DNA of 64,000 bases, taken from a bacterium. GTDB lineage: Bacteria; Sysuimicrobiota; Sysuimicrobiia; Sysuimicrobiales; Segetimicrobiaceae. A program made the position numbers and the translations under genes. Below, piece by piece: positions 25,537 to 35,517 of this stretch. Numbering within the stretch: position 1 is the stretch's first letter; each line of letters starts with the position of its first letter. The notes beneath the pieces were generated by a model, which saw only the letters and a list, made by a program, of their open reading frames with translations, was not told the origin of the DNA and did no database searches. The stretch spans positions 36-64,035 of the forward strand of contig DASYXS010000165.1 in NCBI GenBank assembly GCA_035934535.1, given 5' to 3'.

Positions 25537-27038
25537 CCGCATCCGGCAGCCATACCGACCCCGCCGCCAGCGGCCTGCCGATTGTCCGGGGCGCGCGCAC
25601 CCATTTCGTCGGCATCGGCGGAGCCGGGATGAGCGGCATCGCCCGCGTGCTGCTGGCGCGCGGCTGCGCCGTGTCCGGCTCCGACCTCCGGGAGAGCGAG
25701 ACGACGCGGCGCCTCAGGGCGGCCGGCGCGGTCGTGTACATCGGACACGCGGCGTCCAACGTCGAGGGCGCCCAGATCGTCATCGTCAGCCGCGCGGTGG
25801 CCGACGAGAACGTCGAGGTGCGCGTCGCGGTCGCGCGCGGGCTGCCGATCGTGCACCGGGCGCGGATGCTGGCCGAGCTCATGCGCGACCGCGACGCGAT
25901 CGCGGTTGTCGGCACCCACGGCAAGACGACGACGACCGCCATGCTCGGCGCGATCCTCGCGCGGGCCGGCCGGGATCCGACCGTGCTGGTCGGCGGCGAC
26001 GTCGCCGCTTTCGGCGGAACCGCGCGCGTCGGGGACGGGCGCGACGTCGTCGCGGAGGTGGACGAGAGCGACGGGTCGCTCGTCTGGGTCGCGCCGTCCA
26101 TCGCCGTCGTGACGCCGCTCGACGCCACCGACCACCTCGACTTCTACGGCTCCGAAGCGCGGCTCATGGAGACGTTCCGGCGGTTCCTCGCCGCCGTGCC
26201 GGCCTCCGGGTTCGCCGCGGTGTGCACCGACGCCCCCGCGGGCCGGGCGCTGGCCCGGGACGCGGGATCGCGCACCGTGACGTACGGGCTCGACGGCGAC
26301 CCGGCGTACCGCGGCCGGGTGCTCGAGGCCGCGGGCCACCGCACCGTCGTCGAAGCTCAGCGCGGCGACGCGGTCGTCGGCCGGATCGAACTGGCGGTCC
26401 CCGGCGCCTACAATGCGCAGAACGCGATCGGCGCGCTCGCCGTCGCGACGGAGCTCGGCATCCCCCAGGACGTCACCGCCGGGGCGCTCGCGGCGTTCGA
26501 GGGCGTCGCCCGCCGGTTCAGCGTGCGCGGCGACGTCGACGGTGTTCTCGTCGTGGACGACTACGCCCACAATCCGACCAAGGTGGCGGCCCTGCTCGCC
26601 GCGGCCCGCCGCGGCTGGCCGGCGGCGCGGATTGTGGCGGTGTTCCAGCCGCACCGGTTCACGCGCACGCAGACCGTGGGCCACCAGTTCGCGCGCGTGT
26701 TCGACCCGGTCGACGAGGTGATCGTGACCGAGATCTACGCGGCCGACGAGCCGCCCATCCCCGGCGTGAACGCGGGGATCATCGTGCGGGCCGTGAGCGC
26801 GCACCGGCCCGTCCGGTTCGTGCCCGATCTCGGCGACGCCGCGGCGCTGGTGGCCGCCGAAGCGCGGTCTGGGGACCTGGTCCTGACAATCGGGGCCGGC
26901 GATGTGTGGAAGGTCGCCGAGGACGTCACCGCGCGGCTGCGGGGACGGTCGGCGGCTCCAGTGTTATCGTTGCCGGGAGCGGAGCGGACGGCAGGTCCGC
27001 CGGCCGCGCCGAGCGGCGCGGAGGCCCCGCGTGGCTAA
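25533..27038 (+). CDS. murC: UDP-N-acetylmuramate--L-alanine ligase
   Basis: ATGA overlap with murG. Contains GIGGAGMSGIA and GTHGKTTTT. The C-terminal ~30 aa derive from a repeat copy. Confidence 0.92.
   Translation: MTASGSHTDPAASGLPIVRGARTHFVGIGGAGMSGIARVLLARGCAVSGSDLRESETTRRLRAAGAVVYIGHAASNVEGAQIVIVSRAVADENVEVRVAVARGLPIVHRARMLAELMRDRDAIAVVGTHGKTTTTAMLGAILARAGRDPTVLVGGDVAAFGGTARVGDGRDVVAEVDESDGSLVWVAPSIAVVTPLDATDHLDFYGSEARLMETFRRFLAAVPASGFAAVCTDAPAGRALARDAGSRTVTYGLDGDPAYRGRVLEAAGHRTVVEAQRGDAVVGRIELAVPGAYNAQNAIGALAVATELGIPQDVTAGALAAFEGVARRFSVRGDVDGVLVVDDYAHNPTKVAALLAAARRGWPAARIVAVFQPHRFTRTQTVGHQFARVFDPVDEVIVTEIYAADEPPIPGVNAGIIVRAVSAHRPVRFVPDLGDAAALVAAEARSGDLVLTIGAGDVWKVAEDVTARLRGRSAAPVLSLPGAERTAGPPAAPSGAEAPRG
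26950..27002 (+). repeat. palindromic repeat family copy B (53-nt long variant), in the murC 3' tail
   Basis: CGGCGGCTCCAGTGTTATCGTTGCCGGGAGCGGAGCGGACGGCAGGTCCGCCG. It is 49/53 identical to the reverse complement of 25055-25107 and shares a 26-nt identical core with 44700-44725. Confidence 0.9.
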
Positions 27039-27957
27039 GATCGAGCTCGCGCCGGTGGCCGCGGCGCTGGAGCGTCTCTGGCCGGGGTTCGTTCGCCGGA
27101 ACGAGCCGCTCGCGAAGCACGTGTCGTTCCGGATCGGCGGCCCGGCCGACATCCTCGTGCTGCCGCCGACCCTCGAGTCGCTGGACGCGGCGGTCGCGTG
27201 GCTCTACGAACACGGCGTGCCGTTTCTCGTGCTGGGCCGGGGCAGCAACGTGCTGATCGCCGACCGCGGGATCCGCGGCGTGGTGCTAAAGACCGGCCGC
27301 GGGCAGGAAGGCGTAACCTACGATGGGCCGCACGTCCACGCCGAGTGCGGGGTGAGCGTGCCCCACCTGAGCCGGCGGACGGCCGAACGGGGCCTTGCCG
27401 GGCTCGAGTTCGCGGCCGGGATCCCTGGCTCGGTCGGCGGGGCGGTGGTCATGAACGCCGGCGCGCACGGCTGTGCCGTCGCCGACGTGCTCCTCTCCGC
27501 CCGCGTTCGGACCCCGCGCGGTCTCGTCACGTGGACCGGCGCCGATCTCGGCCTGCGCTACCGGCACAGCCGGTTGCAGGACGAACCGGGGGTCATGCTC
27601 GACTGCGAGTTGATCCTCCACCCGGCTCCCGCCGCGGAGACCGTGGCCCGGCTCGAGGCGTGGCTCCGCACGCGGGCCGAGAGCCAGCCGCTGGGTCCCC
27701 CGAGCTCCGGGTGCATCTTCCGCAATCCGGACGGTGACTACGCCGGCCGGCTGATCGACGCCTCCGGCACGAAGGGCCTGCGGCTTGGCGGTGCCGTGGT
27801 AAGCGACCGGCACGCCAACTACATCCTCAACACCGGCGGTGCGACCGCGCGAGACGTGGTGGCGCTGATCGGCCAGGTGCGCGAGCGGGTCCGCTGCCAC
27901 GCCGGCACCGACCTTGTGACTGAGATCAAGATGCTCGGCGACTTCGAGGCGGCCTGA
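27031..27957 (+). CDS. murB: UDP-N-acetylenolpyruvoylglucosamine reductase
   Basis: GTG start 8 nt before the murC stop. Contains FRIGGPAD, GRGSNVL, GIPGSVGGAVVMNAG and SGCIFRNP motifs. Confidence 0.9.
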   Translation: MAKIELAPVAAALERLWPGFVRRNEPLAKHVSFRIGGPADILVLPPTLESLDAAVAWLYEHGVPFLVLGRGSNVLIADRGIRGVVLKTGRGQEGVTYDGPHVHAECGVSVPHLSRRTAERGLAGLEFAAGIPGSVGGAVVMNAGAHGCAVADVLLSARVRTPRGLVTWTGADLGLRYRHSRLQDEPGVMLDCELILHPAPAAETVARLEAWLRTRAESQPLGPPSSGCIFRNPDGDYAGRLIDASGTKGLRLGGAVVSDRHANYILNTGGATARDVVALIGQVRERVRCHAGTDLVTEIKMLGDFEAA

Positions 27958-28796
27958 TGCCGCGTCCGCCGGTGGGGGATGCCGCGGCGGTACTCCCGCG
28001 CGGGCCACGCCGGGCCGCCCCAGGGGCGCCGGCCGTCTCCGCGGGCAGCCCCGCGGCGGCCGGCAGGCGCGTGGTGCGCTTCCTCGCGGCGATCGCGTTC
28101 CTCTGCGGCGGGGTGTCCTTCGCGGGATCGAGTGTGTTCGACATCCGGTCGGTCAGTGTCGCCGGGAACCGCGCCGTCCCGGCGCCGGAAATCCTCGCGC
28201 GGGCCGGCGTCCGGACGGGGACCAGCCTTTTCACGGTCAACGCCGAGCGGATCCGCGACCGGCTGGCGCAAGACCCGCGGATCGCCGAGGTCTCGGTCGG
28301 CGTCGCCTTTCCCGACCACGTCTATATCACTGTGCGCGAGCGCACGGCCGCGGCCGCGCTGCGCGTGCCGGGAGGCTACGTTCTCCTCGGTTCGGACGGG
28401 GTCGCCATCGCGCCGTCCGGAACGCCCGGGCCGCTCCCGACGCTGAGGGTCGACGGGCTCGACCCGGCGGAGGTGCAGGCGGGGATCGTGGTCCCCTCCC
28501 CGGACGCCCGGTTCGGGGCGGAGGTCGCGGCCTCGCTTCCTGAGGTTCTGCGGCCGGACGTGGCGGCCCTCCGGGTGGACGGGGCGGGCGAAGTGGTTCT
28601 CTACACCCGGGACGGCATCGCGGTCCGCGCCGGAGCGCCGGACGGCATCCGCGATCGCCTCGCCCGCGTGGCCGACGTGCTGGCCGCGGTGCGATCGCGC
28701 GGCATGCGGGTCGAGTACGTGGACCTGCGGTTCCCCGGCAGTGTGATCGTGAAGCCCATCGGCGGCCCCGCCGGACCGGCCGGAAGGCCGGGTTAG
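27957..28796 (+). CDS. ftsQ: cell division protein FtsQ/DivIB (POTRA domain)
   Basis: TGATG junction with murB. Has an N-terminal TM helix and a POTRA-like segment (IRSVSVAGNRAVPAPEILARAGV). Position between murB and ftsA supports the call. Confidence 0.8.
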   Translation: MPRPPVGDAAAVLPRGPRRAAPGAPAVSAGSPAAAGRRVVRFLAAIAFLCGGVSFAGSSVFDIRSVSVAGNRAVPAPEILARAGVRTGTSLFTVNAERIRDRLAQDPRIAEVSVGVAFPDHVYITVRERTAAAALRVPGGYVLLGSDGVAIAPSGTPGPLPTLRVDGLDPAEVQAGIVVPSPDARFGAEVAASLPEVLRPDVAALRVDGAGEVVLYTRDGIAVRAGAPDGIRDRLARVADVLAAVRSRGMRVEYVDLRFPGSVIVKPIGGPAGPAGRPG

Positions 28797-28883
28797 CGGC
28801 AGGAGAACTTCCCCGAACGTTGAAAGAACCGCAACATATAGGGTTTGTCGACCCTTTAGTCGCAGCTGTGCTCGCAGCCGGAG

Positions 28884-30134
28884 GTGCACCCGTTGGCAAA
28901 ACGGGGGCCGCTGGTGGGCCTGGATATCGGCACCACCAAGGTCTGTGTTATCATCGCAGAACCCGATGAAGACGGGGAAGTCCACATCACCGGTGTGGGG
29001 ACGTCCCCGTCTCTTGGTGTCCGGAAGGGCGTCGTCGTCGATCTCGACGCCACCACCCGCGCGATCGAGGACGCCGTCGACAAGGCCGAGCGCATGGCCG
29101 GCATCAAAGCGGTCGCCGCGCTTGTCGCCGTGTCGGGCGAGCACATCGCCTCCCAGAACAGCCGCGGCGTCGTCGCCGTCTCGCGCTCCGACCGGGAGAT
29201 CGCCGAAGCCGACGTTTCCCGCGTCGTCGAGGCCGCCCGCATGGCGGCCATCCCCGGAAGCGACCGTGAGATCATCCATCTGCTGCCGCGCGACTTTCTC
29301 GTGGACGGCCAAGACGGGGTCCGCAACCCCGTCGGTATGTACGGCATGCGGCTTGAGGTGGAGGCCCACATCGTCACGGGCGCCAGCACGCTGCTCGCCA
29401 ATCTCTTAAAGTGCATCCAGCGCGCCGGCCTCGAGGTCGACGATCTGGTGCTCGAGCCCCTTGCCTCCGGCGAGGCCGTGCTGACGCAGGCAGAGCGCGA
29501 CCTCGGCGTCGTGCTGGTCGACATCGGCGGCGGCACGACCAGTATCGGGGTGTTCTCGGGGGGCAGCCTGTGTCATGCGACGGTGCTGCCGGTCGGCGGC
29601 AACCACGTGACCAACGACGTCGCGGTCGGACTCCGCACGCCCATCGCGGAGGCCGAGAAGCTCAAGATCCGTCACGGGTGCGCCAGCGCGTCGATGGCGG
29701 CCGAGGGCGAGCTGATCGAGGTTTTTCACATCGGGACGCGCGAGCCGCGCATCCTGCCGCGCCGCGTGCTCGGCGAGATCATCGAGCCGCGCTTCGACGA
29801 GATCTGCGGCATGATCAAAGCCCAGATCAAGCGGTCGGGGTACGCGCAGATGGTCCCGGCCGGGGTCGTCGCCACCGGCGGCGGGGCGCTGCTGCAGGGT
29901 CTCGGCGAGGCCGCTTCGGAGAAGCTCGACCTGCCGGCGCGTGTGGGCACGCCCGACGCGACCGGCAGCATGGCCGACAGCGTGCGCAGTCCGGTCTATG
30001 CGACCGGCGTGGGCCTCGTGCTGCACGCCGCGCGGCAGCGCGGACCGGTCCGGGTGATCAAGTCCGCGAACGGCGACGGCCACATGTTCGGCAAGTTGCG
30101 CCAATGGTTCCGGGAGTTCGCGCACGGGGGGTGA
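28884..30134 (+). CDS. ftsA: cell division protein FtsA
   Basis: Actin-fold motifs [10 protein letters not shown] and [16 protein letters not shown] 28893 is an alternative start better spaced from GGAGG (28879-28883). Confidence 0.92.
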   Translation: MHPLAKRGPLVGLDIGTTKVCVIIAEPDEDGEVHITGVGTSPSLGVRKGVVVDLDATTRAIEDAVDKAERMAGIKAVAALVAVSGEHIASQNSRGVVAVSRSDREIAEADVSRVVEAARMAAIPGSDREIIHLLPRDFLVDGQDGVRNPVGMYGMRLEVEAHIVTGASTLLANLLKCIQRAGLEVDDLVLEPLASGEAVLTQAERDLGVVLVDIGGGTTSIGVFSGGSLCHATVLPVGGNHVTNDVAVGLRTPIAEAEKLKIRHGCASASMAAEGELIEVFHIGTREPRILPRRVLGEIIEPRFDEICGMIKAQIKRSGYAQMVPAGVVATGGGALLQGLGEAASEKLDLPARVGTPDATGSMADSVRSPVYATGVGLVLHAARQRGPVRVIKSANGDGHMFGKLRQWFREFAHGG

Positions 30135-30363
30135 GGGTGGGGGAATCCCCGCTTCTGCCGGCCGCCATGATCGCGGCGGGGCAGACGGCACGGCCGTCGT
30201 GACACCGCAGCAGACGCACCACACAACGCGCATTCATTCTGACACAGACGAGGCGACAACCATGGCAGAGAAACGGTGGCATCCGATCCAGCGCATGATC
30301 TCCGAGCGGCCCGGGACGGCACGTGCCGGGGACGGTGTCCCCGAACCAGCGGGAGGGGTGAGG

Positions 30364-31452
30364 ATGGCCAATCTAGATCGGGATCTCCGGCGCTACGCCG
30401 CGATCAAAGTTGTGGGCGTCGGTGGCGGCGGCAGCAACGCGGTGAACCGCATGATCAGCGCGGGACTCCGCGGCGTCGAGTTCATCGCCATCAACACGGA
30501 CGCGCAGGCCCTCGCGCTGAGCAACGCCGACCGCAAGATCCACGTCGGCGGCAAGGTCACGCGGGGTCTCGGCGCCGGCGGCGACCCGGAGATCGGCCGT
30601 CAGGCGTCGGAAGAGAGCCGCGAGGACCTCGTCGAGGCGCTCGAAGGCGCGGACATGGTGTTCGTCACGGCCGGCATGGGCGGCGGCACGGGGACCGGCG
30701 GCGCGCCGATCGTCGCGCAGATCGGGCGGGAGTTGGGCGCCTTGACGATCGGCGTGGTGACGCGGCCGTTCGGGTTCGAAGGGCGGCGGCGCGCCGCCGC
30801 CGCGGACGAAGGCATCCGCACCCTGCGGCAGCGCGTCAACACCGTCATCACGATTCCGAACGACCGGCTGCTTCAAGTGGTCGAAAAGACCGCCACGATG
30901 GTCGAGGCCTTTCGGGTCGCCGACGACGTGCTGCGCCAGGGCGTGCAGGGTATCGCGGACCTGATCACGGTGCCGGGCCTCATCAACCTCGACTTCGCCG
31001 ACGTGCGCACCATTATGGCAGAGGCCGGCTCCGCGCTGATCGGCATCGGGATCGGCACCGGCGAGGGGCGCGCGTCGACGGCTGCGCAGGCTGCGATCTC
31101 GAGCCCGCTGCTCGAGACGTCGATGGACGGCGCCCGGGGTCTGCTGATGAACATCACCGGCGGGCTCGACCTCGGGATTCACGAGGTCAACGAGGCGGCG
31201 GCGGTCGTGCAGAAGGCGGCCGACCCGGAGGCCAACATCATCTTCGGCGCCGTGATCGACGAGCGGCTCGACGGCGAAGTGCGGATCACGGTGATCGCCA
31301 CGGGGTTCGAGGCGAAGCGGCACGAGACCGAGGAGGCGATGGAGCCGACGGCGGCCGCGGTGGGCGTCGCGCCGAACGGCGGGGTCGCGAGAGACCATGC
31401 GCGGCTCGGCCTCGACGATCTCGACATCCCGGCGTTTCTCCGGAAGCGGTGA
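30364..31452 (+). CDS. ftsZ: cell division GTPase FtsZ
   Basis: Contains [17 protein letters not shown] and the tubulin signature [11 protein letters not shown] purine-rich RBS (GGGAGGGGTGAGG) lies upstream of ATG 30364. The ORF-track start 30199 would add a non-conserved N-terminal extension. Confidence 0.93.
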   Translation: MANLDRDLRRYAAIKVVGVGGGGSNAVNRMISAGLRGVEFIAINTDAQALALSNADRKIHVGGKVTRGLGAGGDPEIGRQASEESREDLVEALEGADMVFVTAGMGGGTGTGGAPIVAQIGRELGALTIGVVTRPFGFEGRRRAAAADEGIRTLRQRVNTVITIPNDRLLQVVEKTATMVEAFRVADDVLRQGVQGIADLITVPGLINLDFADVRTIMAEAGSALIGIGIGTGEGRASTAAQAAISSPLLETSMDGARGLLMNITGGLDLGIHEVNEAAAVVQKAADPEANIIFGAVIDERLDGEVRITVIATGFEAKRHETEEAMEPTAAAVGVAPNGGVARDHARLGLDDLDIPAFLRKR

Positions 31453-31515
31453 CGTTCCAAACGCCCTGACCGGCGGGCACCGCGGCGTCTGATCACCCGG
31501 CTAGACGGGGCAGAG

Positions 31516-31556
31516 CAGGGGCGGTCCGTGAGGGCCGCCCCTGACGTTGGTTTGGC
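31516..31556 (+). terminator. putative intrinsic terminator after ftsZ
   Basis: CAGGGGCGG (31516-31524) pairs with CCGCCCCTG (31535-31543), extendable to 12 bp. It is followed by ACGTTGGTTTGG, a T-poor tail. Confidence 0.5.
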
Positions 31557-31638
31557 GATGCGCCGTGGACAGTAGGGTATAACACGCGCGAGCGGGGTCT
31601 TCTTTCGCCGGCCCGCGCGCGGTGGTAGGCTTAGTTAT

Positions 31639-32715
31639 ATGGTGGTGAGTCCGGAACACTTCGCCGCCGCCCGCGCGGCCGTCGAAGCGTCTTTCCCCGT
31701 CCAGGAAGTATGGTTCCAGAACGGCCGGCCGGCGTTTACGATCGTTCCGGGCGCGGACCACAAGGCCCGGTTCTTGGAGCTTCGCGAACGCCTGCGCGGC
31801 CTCGGCGTGCTGCCGTTGATGCGGCGGCACCTGGGCGAGACGGTGATCTTGCTGGCGCCCAGGCCGCCGGAGGCGTCGACCGCCTGGCGCTGGCCGGTGC
31901 TGCTGTTCAGCGCGACGCTGGGTACGACGTTCATGGCCGGCTACCTGAACGGTTTGGGCTCATGCGTGCCGGGACTGCCCGGGCCCGTGCCGGCCGGGAT
32001 TGCCTTCGGCCTGTCGTTGATGGCGATCTTGTTCTGTCACGAGATGGGACACAAGGTGGTGTCGATCTGGCGAGGTATCGACGCGAGTCTTCCATACTTC
32101 ATCCCTATGCCGCCCATATTCGGTCTGTCGATCGGTACGCTCGGCGCGGTGATCTTTACGCGCACGCCGGCGCCGAACCGCGATGCGCTGATCGAGTTGG
32201 GGGCCAGCGGGCCGCTCGCGGGCTTCCTCGCGACAATACCGATTCTCTTTTATGGCATTACCCACTCGATCGTGATCTCCAGAGCGGCGATACTTGCTCA
32301 TCCGGGGTGCTCGCTCATCGAAATTCCGGATCCGCTTCTGATCACGCTGATGGGACACTGGCTGCTGCACCCTCCGGCGTCGTCCGTAATCATCGAACAC
32401 CCGATGTTGTTCGCCGGTTGGGTCGGACTCCTGGTGACCGCTCTCAACCTTCTGCCGGCAAGTATGCTCGACGGCGGCCATGTCACGCGCTCGGTGCTCG
32501 GTTCACGCTGGCACCTGATCCTCTCCTACATCGCGGTCGCCGTGGGCGTCGCCTTCGGCTACTGGCTGATGAGCCTGCTGGTGCTCTTTATGATCCGGCG
32601 CGGACACCCGGGGCCGCTCGACGACTGCTCCAGCGTGAGTCCGGCCCACATCGCGATGGCGGTCTCCCTGATCCCGGTGTTCGTGCTGAGCGCGGTCCGG
32701 CTGGGATTGTTCTGA
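31639..32715 (+). CDS. M50-family site-2 protease-like membrane metalloprotease
   Basis: HEMGHK zinc motif within a TM helix, a second motif LLPASMLDGGH, and multiple TM helices. Confidence 0.82.
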   Translation: MVVSPEHFAAARAAVEASFPVQEVWFQNGRPAFTIVPGADHKARFLELRERLRGLGVLPLMRRHLGETVILLAPRPPEASTAWRWPVLLFSATLGTTFMAGYLNGLGSCVPGLPGPVPAGIAFGLSLMAILFCHEMGHKVVSIWRGIDASLPYFIPMPPIFGLSIGTLGAVIFTRTPAPNRDALIELGASGPLAGFLATIPILFYGITHSIVISRAAILAHPGCSLIEIPDPLLITLMGHWLLHPPASSVIIEHPMLFAGWVGLLVTALNLLPASMLDGGHVTRSVLGSRWHLILSYIAVAVGVAFGYWLMSLLVLFMIRRGHPGPLDDCSSVSPAHIAMAVSLIPVFVLSAVRLGLF

Positions 32716-32716
32716 G

Positions 32717-33505
32717 ATGAGCGTGACCCCTCAACTCAGACAAACCGGCCAGACCGAGGCCGGCGACGGGCAGCGGCTCCTCGTCGAGGCGCGTAACCTC
32801 CAGAAGAAGTTCAAGAGCTACCACGCCGTCCGGGGCGTGTCGTTCACGTGCTACGCCGGGGAAGTGTTCGGTCTCCTCGGTCCGAACGGGGCGGGCAAGA
32901 CCACGACGATCCGCATGCTGACGACCATCTTGCGGCCCACCGCGGGCACCGCCCGGATCGCCGGCCACGACGTCACCCGCGACCCCGAGGCGGTGCGGCG
33001 CTCCATCGGTGTGCTGCCGGAGAACGCCGGCGTCTACGGGCGGCTGAGCGGGCGGGAGGCGATCCGCTACGCCGGCCGGCTGTACGGCCTCGGAGGCCCG
33101 GGGCTCGAGCAGCGGATCGTCGAAATCGCCGACGCGCTGGAGCTGACCACACACCTGGACCGGCTGACCGACACGTACAGCAAGGGCATGAAACAGAAAG
33201 TCAACGTGGCCCGCGCCCTGATCCACAATCCGCCGGTCGTGTTCCTCGACGAGCCGACCTCCGGGCTCGACGTCTTCTCCGCGCGCTCTGTGCGCGATTT
33301 CGTCCTGCGGTTCAAAGCCGAGGGGCGGTGCGTCGTCCTCTCCACCCATATGATGGAAGAAGCCGAGCGCCTGTGCGACCGCGTCGCGATCATTGCGGGC
33401 GGCCGCATTCGGGCGGAGGGCGACCTCGCCGCGCTCAAGGCGGAGACCGGGAAAGACCTGGAGGAGATCTTCATGACGATGGTCGGGCAGAGCATCGTCA
33501 CATGA
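32717..33505 (+). CDS. ABC transporter ATP-binding protein (ABC-2/NatA-like)
   Basis: Walker A GPNGAGKTT, signature YSKGMKQK and Walker B VVFLDEPTSGLD. Confidence 0.9.
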   Translation: MSVTPQLRQTGQTEAGDGQRLLVEARNLQKKFKSYHAVRGVSFTCYAGEVFGLLGPNGAGKTTTIRMLTTILRPTAGTARIAGHDVTRDPEAVRRSIGVLPENAGVYGRLSGREAIRYAGRLYGLGGPGLEQRIVEIADALELTTHLDRLTDTYSKGMKQKVNVARALIHNPPVVFLDEPTSGLDVFSARSVRDFVLRFKAEGRCVVLSTHMMEEAERLCDRVAIIAGGRIRAEGDLAALKAETGKDLEEIFMTMVGQSIVT

Positions 33506-34761
33506 TGCGGGTGGCGTGGGCCTGGATGCGGGGCGCCGGCGGAGACCGCGCCGCGCAGTCGCGGTCGCACGAGACCGGAGCCTGGATCCGGGCCGTGTAC
33601 TGGAAGGAGACGCTCGAGGCATTCCGCGACAAGCGCAGTCTGCTCGTGCTGGTCGTGCTGCCCGCCCTGATCATGCCGGTCGTGACGCTCGGCATCCCGT
33701 ATCTCGAACAGCGTCAGGCGCACATGATCCGGACGACGACGCCGGAGGTCGCCGTTCAGGGCGACGCGCCGAATCTCATCCACCTCGCGTACACGAGCAA
33801 GCTCATCACGCCGGTCCACACCGCCGACGTGAACAAGGCCTTGAAGGAGCGGCGGGTGCTGGCGGTGCTCGAGCTCCCGCCCAAGTTCGAGAGCCTCGTT
33901 GCCCGCGACGTGCAGCCGCACGTCGGGGTGCTCTACGACGCCAGCAACCCCGAGAGCGTCGCGGCCCGCGCGCGGGTGGTCGACCTGATTTCACGGTACA
34001 GTCAGACGGTCGTGGCCCGGCGACTCATCGCCCGCCGCATCAACCCGAAGGATCTCCTGCCGGTCGTGCTCGACGAGCGCAACGTCGCCACCCAGCGCCA
34101 GCTCTCCGGCCTGCTGCTGGCGAGCCTGCTGCCCTTTTTCATCGCGATGTGGGCGGTCGTCGGCGGCATGTCCCTGGCCGTGGACGAGGCGGCCGGCGAG
34201 AAGGAACGGGGCACTCTCGAGTCCCTGCTGGTCACTCCTCCGTCGCGCGAGGGGATCGTCGTCGGCAAGTTCCTCTCCGTGCTGACCGCCTCGGTGGGCG
34301 CCGTGGTCGTGGTCGTGGTCGCGATGATGGTCAGCCTGCGCTGGGGATACCCGTACGTTCTCCACACGTCTGAAAAGCTCGACGTCAGCCTTCCGGTCGG
34401 CACCGCGATCGTCATGCTGGGAGTCGCCGTGCTCTTCGCCGCGTTGATGAGCGCCGTCCAGTTGGCGATGAGCATCTATTCCAAGTCCCCGCGGGAGGCG
34501 CAGCAGTTCATCACCCCCCTCTACTTCATCACGGTCCTGCCCGCCCTCGCCGTGCAGTACATCACGGAGTGGCAGGGCCTCACATGGGCCTACGTGCTGC
34601 CGGTCCTGAACACGTTCTTCGGCTTTAGGGAACTGCTGCTCGGCACGACGAACTGGGGCCACCTCGTGCTCGCGTCGGTCTCCTCCGCCTTCTACGCCGC
34701 GCTCGCCGTCGAACTCGCCATCGTGCTGATGAGCCGGGAGTCCGTGATCTTCCGAACCTAG
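33502..34761 (+). CDS. ABC-2 type transporter permease (NatB-like)
   Basis: ATGA overlap with the ATPase gene. Has an N-terminal TM helix, a large extracytoplasmic loop and a C-terminal cluster of TM helices. Confidence 0.75.
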   Translation: MMRVAWAWMRGAGGDRAAQSRSHETGAWIRAVYWKETLEAFRDKRSLLVLVVLPALIMPVVTLGIPYLEQRQAHMIRTTTPEVAVQGDAPNLIHLAYTSKLITPVHTADVNKALKERRVLAVLELPPKFESLVARDVQPHVGVLYDASNPESVAARARVVDLISRYSQTVVARRLIARRINPKDLLPVVLDERNVATQRQLSGLLLASLLPFFIAMWAVVGGMSLAVDEAAGEKERGTLESLLVTPPSREGIVVGKFLSVLTASVGAVVVVVVAMMVSLRWGYPYVLHTSEKLDVSLPVGTAIVMLGVAVLFAALMSAVQLAMSIYSKSPREAQQFITPLYFITVLPALAVQYITEWQGLTWAYVLPVLNTFFGFRELLLGTTNWGHLVLASVSSAFYAALAVELAIVLMSRESVIFRT

Positions 34762-34921
34762 CCCCCGCGTGTGCGGACGAGGAAAACGGAGCGCCGAGGC
34801 GTTCGCAGGACTTCCCTCGGCACCCGGCCCGCGGCAACAGCATTCACAGGGAATCCCACGCGTCCACGGAAGTCGCCCCAAAAATCGGACCAATTAGGAC
34901 GTATTTTGAGGCCCTTCGTCC

Positions 34922-34950
34922 TTGAGATACAACATCTAGTATGCTACGAT
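34922..34950 (+). promoter_or_regulatory. putative promoter of nrdR-nrdJ (TTGAGA -35, TGcTACGAT extended -10)
   Basis: TTGAGA at 34922-34927, a 17-nt spacer, TG at 34942-34943 and TACGAT at 34945-34950, in a locally AT-rich region 40 nt upstream of nrdR. Confidence 0.45.
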
Positions 34951-34973
34951 TCCTTTCGCGCTAAATCTAGGAA
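34927..34973 (+). promoter_or_regulatory. candidate tandem NrdR boxes
   Basis: ATACAACATCTAGTAT (34927-34942) is 12/16 self-complementary. GCGCTAAATCTAGGAA (34958-34973) is weaker. The centres are 31 bp apart and box 1 lies between the -35 and -10. Confidence 0.35.
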
Positions 34974-34988
34974 AAAGGCCGAACGCCT

Positions 34989-35513
34989 GTGCGTTGTCCG
35001 TACTGCGGAGCCAAGGAAACCAGGGTGTTCGACTCCAGGCCGGCCGATGAGGGAGAGGGGATCCGGCGGCGGCGGGAGTGCGAATCCTGCCACCGGCGGT
35101 TCACGACCTTCGAGCGCGTCGAGCGGCTCGCCCTTCACGTCATCAAGCGGAACGGGCGGCGGGAGCGCTTCGAGCGGGCCAAAATCCTGCGCGGTCTGAG
35201 GCTGGCATGCGAAGGCAGGCCGGTCGAGGACTCGGCGCTCCAGCAGATCGCCGACGAGATTGAGCGCGCGGCGCTCGAGCAGGGGACCGGCGAGATCAAG
35301 AGCCGGGAGATCGGGGATGCCGTGATCGAGGGGCTCCGCCGGCTCGACGACGTAGCTTATGTCCGGTTTGCGTCGGTCTACCGGCGGCTGGCCGATGTCG
35401 ACCATCTTGTCGAGGAGATTCAGGCCCTGAAGGCACGCAAGCAAATGGAGGCCGAGCTGGCCTCGCAGGTTCTGCTGCTTCCGCTCACCCCGCAGCGTCC
35501 GGAGCGCAACTAA
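34989..35513 (+). CDS. nrdR: transcriptional repressor NrdR
   Basis: MRCPYCG...ECESCHRRFTTFE zinc ribbon plus an ATP-cone domain. It lies immediately upstream of nrdJ. Confidence 0.93.
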   Translation: MRCPYCGAKETRVFDSRPADEGEGIRRRRECESCHRRFTTFERVERLALHVIKRNGRRERFERAKILRGLRLACEGRPVEDSALQQIADEIERAALEQGTGEIKSREIGDAVIEGLRRLDDVAYVRFASVYRRLADVDHLVEEIQALKARKQMEAELASQVLLLPLTPQRPERN

Positions 35514-35517
35514 TCCT

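Noticed and set aside
28011-28066. GCGCCGGCCG-[20 nt]-GCGGCCGGCAGG in the ftsQ 5' region, and CTGCCGGCCGCCATGA at 30153-30180, considered as repeat copies.
   Set aside because: They are not listed as features. Arm similarity is present (12/13 for the right arm) but the flanks diverge. They may be degenerate copies, but the evidence is too weak without a genome-wide model.
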